DNA of 64,000 nucleotides from Lytechinus pictus. Lineage: Eukaryota. The notes under the pieces were generated by a model. The model saw only the letters and a list, made by a program, of their open reading frames with translations. It had not been told where the DNA came from and did not search any database. This document shows, in pieces, positions 35,086 through 47,323 of this stretch. Within the stretch, counting starts at the first letter, position 1, and every line of letters begins with the position of its first letter. The translations under genes and the position numbers were made by a program. The DNA is taken from contig NC_087251.1 of assembly GCF_037042905.1 (NCBI RefSeq), forward strand, positions 21,514,001 through 21,578,000, written 5' to 3'.

Positions 35086-38000
35086 TTAAAAAGGGAATTA
35101 TCAAAATAATGGTAATAACTGCCCTGATCACCTCTTGAAGCGACGAATTGGGATGTCCACCAACCTACCTGGTTGTGGGAGTTCATAGCCAAATAATAAG
35201 ATAAAAATACAATTTATATTTTTTAGAAAAAATGATAATTGAATAATCACTTTTCCTCTTCCTTCAAAATAAAACTCGGGTCGCCAGGGGATGCGCAAAC
35301 GGGAGATTTTGATGCTCAGGGGGTTCATGTGACACCCCCTCCCCTCAGAAAATAAGATTTCTGACTATTTGGGGAGGAAATTTAGGTTTGAATATATATT
35401 ATTGAGTGATAATCCCCTATTTCACGCTTGTCAAATTTTGTGAACAAGTAGGAGTGTCTTAGAGAGGTAACTTTTCGAGTTACATCAACCCCCTCCTACT
35501 AGTAAACTTCGACAGGTGTGGTGGGCCACTGTTTTTTTAATGGCAAAGATCAAAGATTCAACAACGAGACCGATCCCTCTCACGTTAAATCGATGCCATT
35601 TTGTGCGTTTGTTGAAATGTCGCCCTCTAGTTGTCGAATATTCAAATATACGTGATGATGAATCCCCCAGGGAAAACGAAACCACTGTCTGGGAGATTTC
35701 GTAAGTAATCTTTAACAATTTTATTTAGGACTGTCATCAAGCACTCCAATCTTAACACAAAATATAGTGAACCGTTATATCTTTTACTCCATCCTTGTTT
35801 AGCACTCTTTTTTAGATTAATGTTTTTATAATGGCAGATATTTTTACATGATTGTTTTGCATATCTGATTACAAATTTTATCTAATGATAATAGAGACAT
35901 ACCTGGGGCTATAGTCCCAATACTTTATGAAGACAAGCACATTAGGTAAATGGATAAAACTATTTGGATTTTATATTTATTGAAAGTGTTATATAATAAA
36001 TACCGCAATTTGAACACAATATTACAACTCTTGATTCTTTAACAGCAGAAGTATATATGTTTTTAAAAAATGATTTTTTTTTTTTAGGGTGATCCGGGTT
36101 TTCGAATAATCAAAATTCCGTCTTTCATGAAATATGCATTGAATTGGGGGATTATGAAAGATATTTTGCTTTCAAGAGACAGTTTTCCAAAGTGATTCGT
36201 TGTTAATAACAACAAACATAAAGTCGTTGGATAAGTTAAAACACTTTCCAGTTTATATTCAAATCCAAACAGGGCCGATTGATCCGGGGATTATTGAAAG
36301 AAGACAACACATTAAAAAATAAGTAAACATACATAGGTTTAATAACTTAGATAGAGCATGTAAACTGCTTATTCGATTGGGGAAAATCGATACATATTCT
36401 GAAAAGATAAGATTTCAACAAACTATTATATCTCTCATCTGGAAAATATAAGTAAATTGATAGTAAGTTTGGAAAAGAAAACAATGTACCGATAATTCTC
36501 GCAGTGTCAACTAAAATCTTAACTCCACTTTTCGTTACATCTTGTAGTATAATTATGATAATAACACAAAATAAAAAAGATATCTTGACTTCAGCATTGG
36601 CGCAGTAGACGCAATACTTTGGAGACGCCCGCCATTGGGTTCAGTATGGCCCGTAATACCGACTAAATCCAGCAGTGGTTCTGAGAAAGAAAAAATAACA
36701 GTATAAAAAGTATTTTGTCCTAATTTCACACATTTCATATGAACCCGTGAAATCACTGCTCAGTATGCACTCAGAGTTAAGCTCATAATTATGCTTCTAA
36801 GAACGTGTTTCGTTCCAGCGTATGAAGTTTTATCTTGTTTTATCGCGGTATTCCAAGTTCGGTATTTGCCTTGGGTATATAAGTTGTAAAGTATGGGTTT
36901 AAGATGTTGGCGTTAAGAGCAGGAATCGGACTTCTCAATAACTCAACACTGAGTGACGTCAATCATAAAACCAGTCTTGTATAAAGTTGAATGTTATTTC
37001 ACATGTTTAAAAATCAATATCACAAATATTTGACATGACGTTGTGTATGTGAAAAAATTCGCCTGCCATCTTTCAATCAAACAGATGATTTGCCCATTGT
37101 TATTCAACACAATGCAGTTATATATATATATAGATATTGTATTAATTATAGTTTATGTGGGATATTGCCAAGACACCTTAGTTTGTGAGGGGAGACACTT
37201 TACATGCTTTATAATGTCCCAGGATATAAGCCATGAATTCGGGGTGATATATTTTTGTGATGACAATCCGTCGGGATTGGGTATGGTCCCTCGGAGACCT
37301 AGACCTCTCTCCTGGAGCCATCGACCCCTTTATTGAAGCCATTCCCCTTCCCCGTATCTTTTATTCCTTTAAATATGATTGGCTGGCTTCTCTTGACTGA
37401 CAATCCCTATAAACCTTTTACCATTTTAATACACTGTTGGGTCTCTATGGAATATAGAAAAATAAACAATCCCATGCGCTTTGAAGTAAAGTGATCTAAA
37501 GACTTGTGACGGAACCCTTTTCTTATCCGATCCTCTCTGTCCTCCATCCGGGAGAACTGGATACTTCCTACTGTCGCTGTTCATCAAGTTCCACCGCACA
37601 TCTTGTTGAAGTTCACGCCAAGCCCATCACATTGTTACATCTCTCTTGACACTGTAACATGACCCGTGAAGCCCCGATCGAGCTGGCGAGCAGGCATCCC
37701 TCCTGTCCGCTCGCCACCATCAGGAACAAGACGAGAGAAAGACGAAGACAGCAGGAAATTGAAATCGGTAATTTGAGATGGGATTTCTAACAAAAGTGGA
37801 GATGAGCTTTTTTAAAAGGTGTGATGGAGCCAGGAGTGAGAAAGAAGATAGTTGATAATTGACATTCACCTAGTTTTCCTTCTCATTGAAGTGATGGGGA
37901 GCTGATATTAGCCATCTCTTCTTTTTTTCCCCTTCGTCACACCCAGACGCCAACATCGTTTTATTCATTACCTTCAACAAAGTTTTCCTCTCGCAGAAGC

Positions 38001-40103
38001 TTGTTATTAGGATAGAGTAGTCATCTTTTCATTCATTTCTGTATAACAATTTTCCCATTGTTCCTAAATTTGTAAGAAACTTAGTTTGCAATGCTCATGC
38101 AATAATAATTTTCCATGAGAAAATCTTGCGTATTTCGGAAAGCAAGGATATTATGAACAATATTCCATCAAAATGTGTCTTGGGAATAGGAAGTCGTGCA
38201 TCATTATCTGTATAAAAAAATTAATGCATGTAAATATGAACAAAAATGGAAACCGTGAAATTAGTTAATGTTAGCTCCTTTTGAAGCGACTGTGCATCTT
38301 TTAGACAATTCGTCTTGATAAAGAGCTAAAATTCACACTCACAAGATGCAAATTTTATGCCAAAAGGATTGGTCACTAGCCTCGTATAAGTGTGATAGGG
38401 CACCCAATTAGCTCTTTCTTATTGTGATATTACGCGACTTTGAAAAAAATGATTTTCATGCATGACACTGTATTCAAAATCGAAAGAGGATCAGCTTATC
38501 CTCGAAATGGAGAAAAGGATAGTGGATTATTTCTATCCTGATTTACAACTTCCAAATTTATTTGATATTGCGAAAATAGGGATAGTGTGGCAAAACAAGT
38601 ACTTTAATAAGTGAGGGTGTATTTATTGAAGGGGCAATTTATAACTGCTTTTGCTCGCGAAAAAAGAAAACCTAGATATTTATCTTATCAATCAGAAATC
38701 ACTTAAAAAATATACTTTGCTCAACTTAATTACTACAAAACACACAACTTCTTCACACAGATGATAATCTCATTGTGAAAATATCCGTTTGCACCAAATG
38801 CCCTGTTTGGCATATAAGTGCCCTTTTTTGGCTTGCCCCCCCCCCCCCCCCAACGAAACTACGTTCCGCTGCCCCGTGCCTGAGTCAGTAGACTAGTCAT
38901 TGTAGGCTGCGTATTCAGACCGCTTAACTCGAGTGAAGAGGTTTGCACATCAGACTACGTTCCCGCCTTAAGTCCCTTGCAACAAGGAATACCTCAGAAT
39001 CTTTAAACTCTTTAACGATGTATTTTTGGTTAATATTAAAAACAATCATTCTCATATGAGTAAGTGGTGAGCTATATTCCTTTATGAGAAAGTGATGAGC
39101 TTTCCCATTGACGAAAACAATCGATTAAACGATTTGCTTTGGGGGGGGGGTTCTAACATGATAAAATATACCTTTTCGGTTGCTGGTTTATTCCACTGTG
39201 TTTGCGGGAATATCAGGAAGGACGATTCAATTTATCAATAGCTTTATAAGTTTTACCAGTATGTTAGTATCATAATAAATTGTCTTCAAGACGTCAAGAA
39301 TCGTTTCTTCTAAATGCTTAATTCGACCCCCCCCCCCCCCCCTCTTTTCTTGTGGTGTGTATTTACGTGTGAATTTGTGTGTATTTTTCATGGCCATGCA
39401 CCTTACGCTCTGCAGAGAACATCATCTCCAATTTCTGTCTGATTTTCTACATTTTTTACGGAGAGACGGATCGGTTATGTAACCATAAACTACCTGCGGG
39501 CTTTGCTGAGATAGAAGCACTACCAAAGAGAAGATAATTATTAAGGTCTTTCTACAAAAAAAAATAGTGCCGGAGAAAAGACAAGGAGAAAAGAAAATTG
39601 TGTCTTGCGACCTGAGATATCATCGCTGAGATTGGAAAGAAGAAAATGAATATTTTCTGTCTGTTGGTCGTCTTATTTTCTTATGATGCCCGCGGGAACA
39701 AAAAGTCAGTGGCAAGCTGGAGAAAATAGAGAGGGTATCAAATGTTCGGTGGTTATTAACCAGCGGGAAGAAATATGAAGAAGCAAAATAGCAACACAGT
39801 CCTTACAATAACAAACAGACACAGGATCGAATGACAAGAGACATTTAACATTTGTATGCATGATTTAGAATGTTTGTCCCATGCCAACTCACCAGGCACT
39901 GTAATATTTCGGCTTCAATTTCACATTCTGAAACTCCAGAAGGCAATTTATGGGTTTGCAGTTTCCCCATACTGATACGCACGTGAGGCATAACAGGAAT
40001 TAATAGATGGTTGAAAGTCGAATAAGAAATGAGGAAAAAATGATAAAAAACCATGAAGGTAAGTATAGGCCTAAATGAGAAGTGGCAAAGAAATAGAGAC
40101 ATG

Positions 40104-40106
<3 letters not shown>

Positions 40107-40157
<51 letters not shown>
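40107..40157. repeat. (AT)n microsatellite
   Basis: About 25 AT units. Confidence 0.95.
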
Positions 40158-40163
<6 letters not shown>

Positions 40164-42900
40164 TCTAAACAGTGAATCCTTAAGTATGGAAAGATTGAAA
40201 AAGAAGGTCGTAAGGGGTATGAACGGAAGAAACAAATGAGAGAGGTGAAAATTATACAAAGCCCTTATATCAGTTACCAATATTGATTTTATCTACACAT
40301 AGTTATACACAATTTGCCGATTGTAATTTATATGTATTTTGGTTTGGAAGGTATAATTTTCATATGACTGCATCGTGATATAAATGAAGCAAAACTAAGA
40401 ATGATAGAAAATGGAATTAGGAAGAAAGGACTATAATTATATTTAATTGATAATTCAGATCAAACCAGAATTGTGATCAGCTTAAAAGTGCGAAACTGAT
40501 CTCTCTTTCCCAATTCTTAACCCATGCTGTCACGAAAAAAATAATATCCAGATATAGATCTAGAGTATAAAGTGAATAATACTACCATCTTCAGATAAAG
40601 AAAGATTGATCGGCGTTTAAGCAGATATTGAAATTAATCTGAACTTAGCTCATCTACGAAGGAAAGAAAGGGGTAATCGATAATGCTCCCACGGGATATC
40701 GAAATCTATCGCGAGAATGACACGGTATCACGCTGACTTATATCAATCGCCTACGGGGATTAAGGCTCGCGAGGAAAAGAAGGTCATTTTTAATTGGTGT
40801 TTGTTCAGCAATTTTCAAAGGTGTATCAGGATGATTGGAATTTATTTAACCCTCGCCTTTTTGGCGTGATGACATCTCCATCGACCGTCGTTAGAGAGGA
40901 GGTGTCGCCTTCGCGGACGACCCAAGAAGTGAGGACGTTAGCTGCAGAAGGTGTGTTATGATCGATTGGGGGACATTGGGTGTTGTAGAGATTGAAGGGC
41001 ACAACAGTACTGATCGACTTGAACTTCACCTCAGACACGTGCATTGACAGAATCTTAAAGGAACAATGTCAAGTATTCCGTTGATAGCCCCATATGAAGA
41101 TGATAATCTGGCGTGTGCATTAAACTTTGAAAATGTATTATTGAACAAAAATTTGACATTATTAAGCCAACTTAAATTGCATCATTCTAATTTTGTACCC
41201 ACGATATTTTTTTCTGTATGATCGAACACTTGTGCCCAGTAAAGAAAAAAAGCAACAAAAAAAAATTACTATTGATGATGATTTTTTTTTCGACTGTAGC
41301 CACCTCGGACACAAGATTGATACATTATTCTCATCGATTAAAGTGTTATGTATTATTTCCAGAATTTTTGTGATTAGTATTATGTTTACTGTAGCTATCA
41401 AAGTTAAATCCGGTAATAAAAAAATGCAATATTTCTTTTAAAGAATTATTGCATGTTTTAAGAAGAAAAAAATCATTCCGATGAAAATTAATCTCTTTTT
41501 CTTAAAACCTACAATAATTCTTTAAAAAATATCAAAAATTGTATTTTATGAAATACTTAATGCCACTGGAAGATGAACAAAACACCTTATAGTATACTTC
41601 TTTGTAACAATCGAAAAGTATACCAAATAACATAGGGTGCATGAAACCGGATTATTCGTCTCCTTCACACCAAGCTGCTTTCACAACCGGCTTTCACCGA
41701 TCAAAGATAACCAAGCTAGGCGATATGAAAAAAATGTCAACGGTCTGGGATCGATCCGCAAGCAGATTTACCATCAAAGCTGCATGACCAAAGACACTTG
41801 ATGAGGATACCAATGCCATTCACAGTTATTTCAGCAGATTCATGACAGCCAATGAAACTTAAAATAGACAAAAATTCTTCACACTCATATTGAGTTATGT
41901 TTGCCCAAAAAGTGACAAAACCGAGTTTTCCAATAAGATTTTTTTTTATTCGCTTACAGTGGACTTAATGCAAGACCAATAAAGGCCAAACGTATCTCAT
42001 AACACCATAGATAATATGAACAAATTACCCAAAAAAGAGAACATTAGATAACATTGTCTGTTATACATATGTTCTTGCACTATATAAAAAAAGTAAATAA
42101 GCAAACGAATCTAATTTTGATGATTATACGCAGATATGGCTATTGGTATCAACTCACCATGTGACCTAAAATTGAAACAGTTTATTTTATTAGATATCTA
42201 ATACATATTCAAAAAGGCGTGTTTTGAGAGAAACCGTTAACAAATAAATCAAAGAATACATGATGCTTCAGAATCATAAAGTTAGGATCATATTTAACTG
42301 GTCGATCCTAAACTTGAAGAATTGACGAAGCCTTAGTGTAAACTTAAATATTCTTAGTCTTAACTAACAGAGAACAAGCACGCACACCCACACACACCAC
42401 TTGCCACAAGTCATGTGGTGTGTATGTGGGTGTGTTTGCGTGTTTGATTTCTCATTATTAAAGTGATAGATCACAGACATCAAAGCTGCATCGAAGCAGG
42501 GAGTTACACTTTTTTGTTTTGAATAATATTTTATTTTCTTCCTCTTTCAAATCAATAAGTTTACAATCACAATTCATATAAATAAAGATTCTTTGCATGT
42601 ATACAATCAATAAACAATCAAACAAATAAATATATCAATATCAATGAGATTACAAATATTTTTTTTTGATGATTACAAATGAAATTAAACTGCCAAATTT
42701 CTCTTCTATAACAATGTGAAAGCAGAGGGAAAAAATCCATATCAATCGACAAAATTCCAAATATCGCAAAACAAGTTATTCACAAATTAAGTATCTCATA
42801 TAAAAAAAAATACAATAAGAGCATATAAATTCATATCAAAATTATCTCAAATCAATATAACTGTACAATTTCTTCAAAACGTAAAGTTTTAACCCGAAAA

Positions 42901-42937
<37 letters not shown>

Positions 42938-43158
42938 AATGAAAATCTCTTATAATTTTTTCCCCCAAAAAAAGTACATAATATAGAATAAAATTACCTC
43001 AATATTTATATCATGTTAATATCAAAATTATGTCAAATCAAATGAACTACTTTTTTCATGAAACTCTATGATCCTTAAGAGGAAGGTTACATATATATAA
43101 TCTTTCACTCACCCACGCACCCCACACTCTCTACCACACAAACATACAACCCCCCCCC

Positions 43159-43191
<33 letters not shown>

Positions 43192-43458
43192 ACCGACAGA
43201 CGCTGCTTAATAGCGCCATCTTTAGGCGAATGTTAGAAAGTAGGTACCTGGATTGAGATGGGGATCCACAGTTCATAGACCTATACTGTCCCCGCCGCAC
43301 ACGCTTACAATATTCATCCTTCGTCATTTTCATCCTTCGAAAATTCCCTAAGAATGTATTAAAATGTTGACGGAGAAAGAAAGATGCATCCCAGTTTCCC
43401 ATCTTTGTGACACTTTTCTTACCTTACCTAAAATAATAATGATAAAAGAATGATAATT

Positions 43459-43664
43459 AAGGTTTAATTAGCCACTTCGGTATTGAAACTACTCCACCAT
43501 TGGGTTCTGCATAACACTACACCCTCTCGCCATCTTCACGCTGAGCGCCTGACAAGAAGGCAGGAAGACTCATTTTTTATCCGTCTTTGGTGTGAATCGA
43601 CTAGAGTTTGAACCCACGACCGCCTGTCCATTTTGCGGACGCTCTACCACTGAGCCACAATGGC
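43459..43664 (-). mobile_element. tRNA-derived SINE (MetaSINE-like core)
   Basis: A box TGGCTCAGTGG and B box GGTTCAAAC, followed by CACACCAAAGAC..AAAAATG..TGCCT..GGCGCTCAGC; core assignment is from memory and the 3' end is approximate. Confidence 0.7.
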
Positions 43665-43694
43665 GTAATAAAAAAAATGTCTGTTAATTCAGTA

Positions 43695-43927
43695 CACTGC
43701 AAAAACTCTGGTGTTGATTTAACACCAGCCCGGAATCTATATATGTCCACAATAGAGAAGTATTGAAACAACACCAGTTTGGAATCAAACCGATGCTGTT
43801 TTACTACTAATTGGTGTTGTATAAACACCTATCTGGTATTAGACCAAAATGAAACTGGTGTTGTTTAACACTTCTCTGGTGTGGACATATATAGATTCCG
43901 GGTTGGTGTTAAATCAACACCAGAGTG
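43695..43927. mobile_element. Second copy of the CACTG MITE, opposite orientation, small deletion in right TIR
   Basis: Reverse-complement match to 34231-34476; TA flanks. Confidence 0.85.
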
Positions 43928-46028
43928 TAGCATCTTAGTATTCCGTTTCTCTTTGTATAAGAAAATTAGATTTCCTTGCTAATTTTTTTTTTTTTAGATG
44001 CACAGGTACAAAATTTTCTATTGTAAAAAAAATGGAAATAGAATAAGAAAAGATATTTTTACAAATTTTGTTTGAATTGTAATGAAAATCCGAATAATGC
44101 AAACAATTTAAAAAAAAAAGAATTTGAGAAAGAAAAGGACAATTGAGTATGGCTTAAAAATAAAAGTTAAGTCTTTGTGAAACACTCCCTTGAATAATTA
44201 ATTTTTTTATTGCATAAATTTAAACACAGTTACCGGAAAAAAATAGTGATAATAGGCAAGTCTTCTGTATTGGCAGAGGAAATGAAATAGAAAAAATTGC
44301 ATCACTCGGAAGGTTCATTTTTTTGTCTAAAACAAAAATACCCACCCCTCCTATAAACAAACACATAACACATCCTCCTCCTTAGACACACACACTCTCT
44401 CTCTATAATCTTTTTACATATCATATAATATTATGTATGTATTTGGGTGTGTTGAATTTTTGTATAAATTATCATTGCATTATTTACTTAATTATTTTCC
44501 TTTTTGCGTTTTCTTCGTGTTTCTGCAACAGGCCTACTCTGCAGAGTGGATGAATGCATGCGATTATCAATTTAAATTATAAATTTACTCTAGTTATAAT
44601 TATACTTTTACCGAAAAATAGGCTGGTTCACTTTTCTGCTTTATCAATCATATTTTTTGCAACTATATGATTCCAACTGTATTCATAATAAATTTCAATA
44701 ATGATGATTGTACTTCTTGGTTTCTTTTTACTCGCATGATTATATTCTTTCTTCCCCTGAGCATTAATACGTTTCTCTTTCTTACACTTTGAAACTATTG
44801 TTTATACTATTTCTATTTCTTATTATCATTATCATTATTATCATTATTATTATTATGATTATTTTTGTTATTATTTTTATTATCATTATTATTGTTGTTA
44901 TCATTATTATTTCATCATTATTCTTGTCGTCGTTTGAGTGATAAAACAATCTTTAAGAAAAGTAATATTACTTAATCATTAAGATCAAATTGATTTCGAT
45001 CGAAATAACATGTTAAGTCACTTCATTGTGTTACTCGTATATATCTTTCATTAGGAGAAAACCGGACCTAAAGAAGTCAGTCACTTATTTTCCCATTCGA
45101 TAGTAAAATGGGGCCATTTGCTTCGACACTTAAGCTTAAGATACATTAAGTCAACACTAGACGCCATATGTCGAGTGGAGAGTGCTGGTACATTAAGAAT
45201 CTTTGTAAATGGTGGTGTGTGTCTGATTACACTGAGAAAGTCAACAGATGACCAAATCATGAAGCGTGAGAAAAAAAATATGCCCTGATCATTCCTTCCC
45301 TGTTTCAAATCTTTATTTGACAACAAAAAGAATGCCCCCTCAGAATAGACTATCGAATATTTATAACTCACTTTTTGTGCATCTTAATTCCCACGATGCT
45401 TGCCTCACACAATGCAAGCTCCTGTACGGGGAGAGAGAAGAAAAAAGAGAGAGAGATGGGATAAGGCAGGGAGTGGGATAAAAAAATAAAATCCTCCCTA
45501 ATGGAACGTACGCATGTGCGTCCGTTCGGGAGGCAAATAAGCCATGTATTATCCGAGTTCAAAAGCGTTCAGCGCAAGAATATAATGAGACACGTGTGCG
45601 TCGGCGAAGCGTGCATGCAGCGCGTCCGCTGCAGGGCCCTTTCTCAAGCATCTCTAAAACCAGACACACCAAAACAAACGTATGGGCATGAATGTTGATT
45701 AAAATATGCAAAGTTACTTTTTTAACAATACTACATTCTCGCCAACTAATTTCACGGTATTGAATTGTAATCAATAGATAATGAAAATATTATTCTTATG
45801 CGTTAATTGGAATGTCGTTGGGAAATCACTTAATCTGCAATGAACGTCCGAAAATGATCTTATAAATGTGGAATGACAAAAAGCAACTTGGAAAATTACT
45901 GATGAACAAAGATTTGGGAAGATAGCACTATCAGTTTTAGTCGATCTGTCATGTTCTATTAAAGATGAAAACTAGGCGATTGGAGACAAACAATTGGTAT
46001 GAGGCCAAATCTAATTGAAATATAATTG

Positions 46029-46245
46029 GAAAGTCAAAAAGGGGCCTAAGCTTTCGATCCTAGCAGAATCTTCGTCGGAGGCAAAATGACAAACATATAA
46101 AGTTTTTTTATATTTATATGTTTGTCATTTTGCCTCCGACGAAGATTCTGCTAGGATCGAAAGCTTAGGCCCCTTTTTGACTTTCTAATTTACTCCATTG
46201 GCTCTCTTTTATTAGTTAAGCAGTTTTCAGCAGCTTCTTTTTGCC
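46029..46245. mobile_element. Penelope-like element remnant (inverted pseudo-LTR pair) with 15-bp TSD
   Basis: Perfect 73-bp inverted arms at 46029-46101 and 46113-46185; ATTGAAATATAATTG at 46014-46028 and 46246-46260; hammerhead-like core. Confidence 0.75.
46132..46170 (+). ncRNA. Minimal type I hammerhead ribozyme-like motif (mirror copy on - at 46044-46082)
   Basis: GCCT-CCGACGA-A-GATTCT gct AGGATC-GAAA-GCT-T-AGGC: stem I, variant CUGANGA box, stem II, GAAA and palindromic AGCU stem III. Confidence 0.6.
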
Positions 46246-46522
46246 ATTGAAATATAATTGCCAAACATTCAATGATTCAGAGAGTGTCATCCAAGCAGTA
46301 AGTGGCATGCATCCAGCTGGGGTAGGATTCTTACTTAATATCATGAATTAGTTTGTATCAAATATTTTGAGATAAATTCTCTTTAAGAAACACATATTCC
46401 ATTGCTGTAACGTTTATAGGCATGTCCTTCTTGGTGACCAAACCCAATTGATCATTCTTCCTCTTATAAATCATTTGAGATTTTTTTACTTTGCATCTGG
46501 GCGCTTAAGAGATCATCCTTAA

Positions 46523-47097
46523 AGGTCAAGTCCACCCCAGGAAAATGCTGACTTGAATAAAAAGAGAAAAATCAAACTAGCATAGTGCTGAAAATTTCAT
46601 CAAAATCGGATGTAAAATAAGAAAGTTATGACATTTTAAAGTTTGGATATGCACAACTCGGTGTCATGCAAATGAGTCAGTCGATGATGTCCATCACTCA
46701 CAATTTTTTTTTTTTTTGTTATTTGAATTATACAATATTTCATTTTTTATAGATTTGACAATAAGGACCAACTTGACTGAACCATATAGTATTAAACAAT
46801 GCTAATTCCACATGTTCAGGGAGGAATTAATCATTGTATCACTTGACAATGAGGAGAAAATTAGAATATTTCATATAATAAAATACAAAAGAAATAGTGA
46901 GTGGATGACGTCATAGTCTCCTCATTTGCATACTAGCCAGGATGTGCATATATTAACTGTTTTGTGAAATTTAGCGAAACTTTAAAATGTCATAACTTTC
47001 TTATTTTACATCCGATTTTGATGAAATTTTCAGTGTTATGCTTCTGGATTTTTCTCTTTTTATTCAAAGCAATTTTTTGTTGGGGTGGACTTGCCCT
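46523..47097. mobile_element. Kolobok/T2-type MITE, family 1
   Basis: TTAA|AGGTCAAGTCCACC...GGTGGACTTGCCCT|TTAA. Confidence 0.88.
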
Positions 47098-47165
47098 TTA
47101 ACAATTCTATTGTCATTATCATAATCATAATTTGTCATTATTTTAATTATTTTAATTATTTATTG

Positions 47166-47323
47166 NNNNNNNNNNNNNNNNNNNNNNNNNNNNNNNNNNN
47201 NNNNNNNNNNNNNNNNNNNNNNNNNNNNNNNNNNNNNNNNNNNNNNNNNNNNNNNNNNNNNNNNNNNNNNNNNNNNNNNNNNNNNNNNNNNNNNNNNNNN
47301 NNNNNNNNNNNNNNNNNNNNNNN
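47166..47323. other. Assembly gap
   Basis: N run. Confidence 1.

Noticed and set aside
40809-40960. GC-balanced open frame (QFSKVYQDDWNLFNPRLFG...) as the exon following 37659-37767
   Set aside because: Available acceptors are phase 0 while the upstream donor is phase 1; no recognisable protein similarity
43590-43664. tRNA gene on -
   Set aside because: A and B boxes are present, but the acceptor and anticodon stems do not pair and it runs into a SINE body
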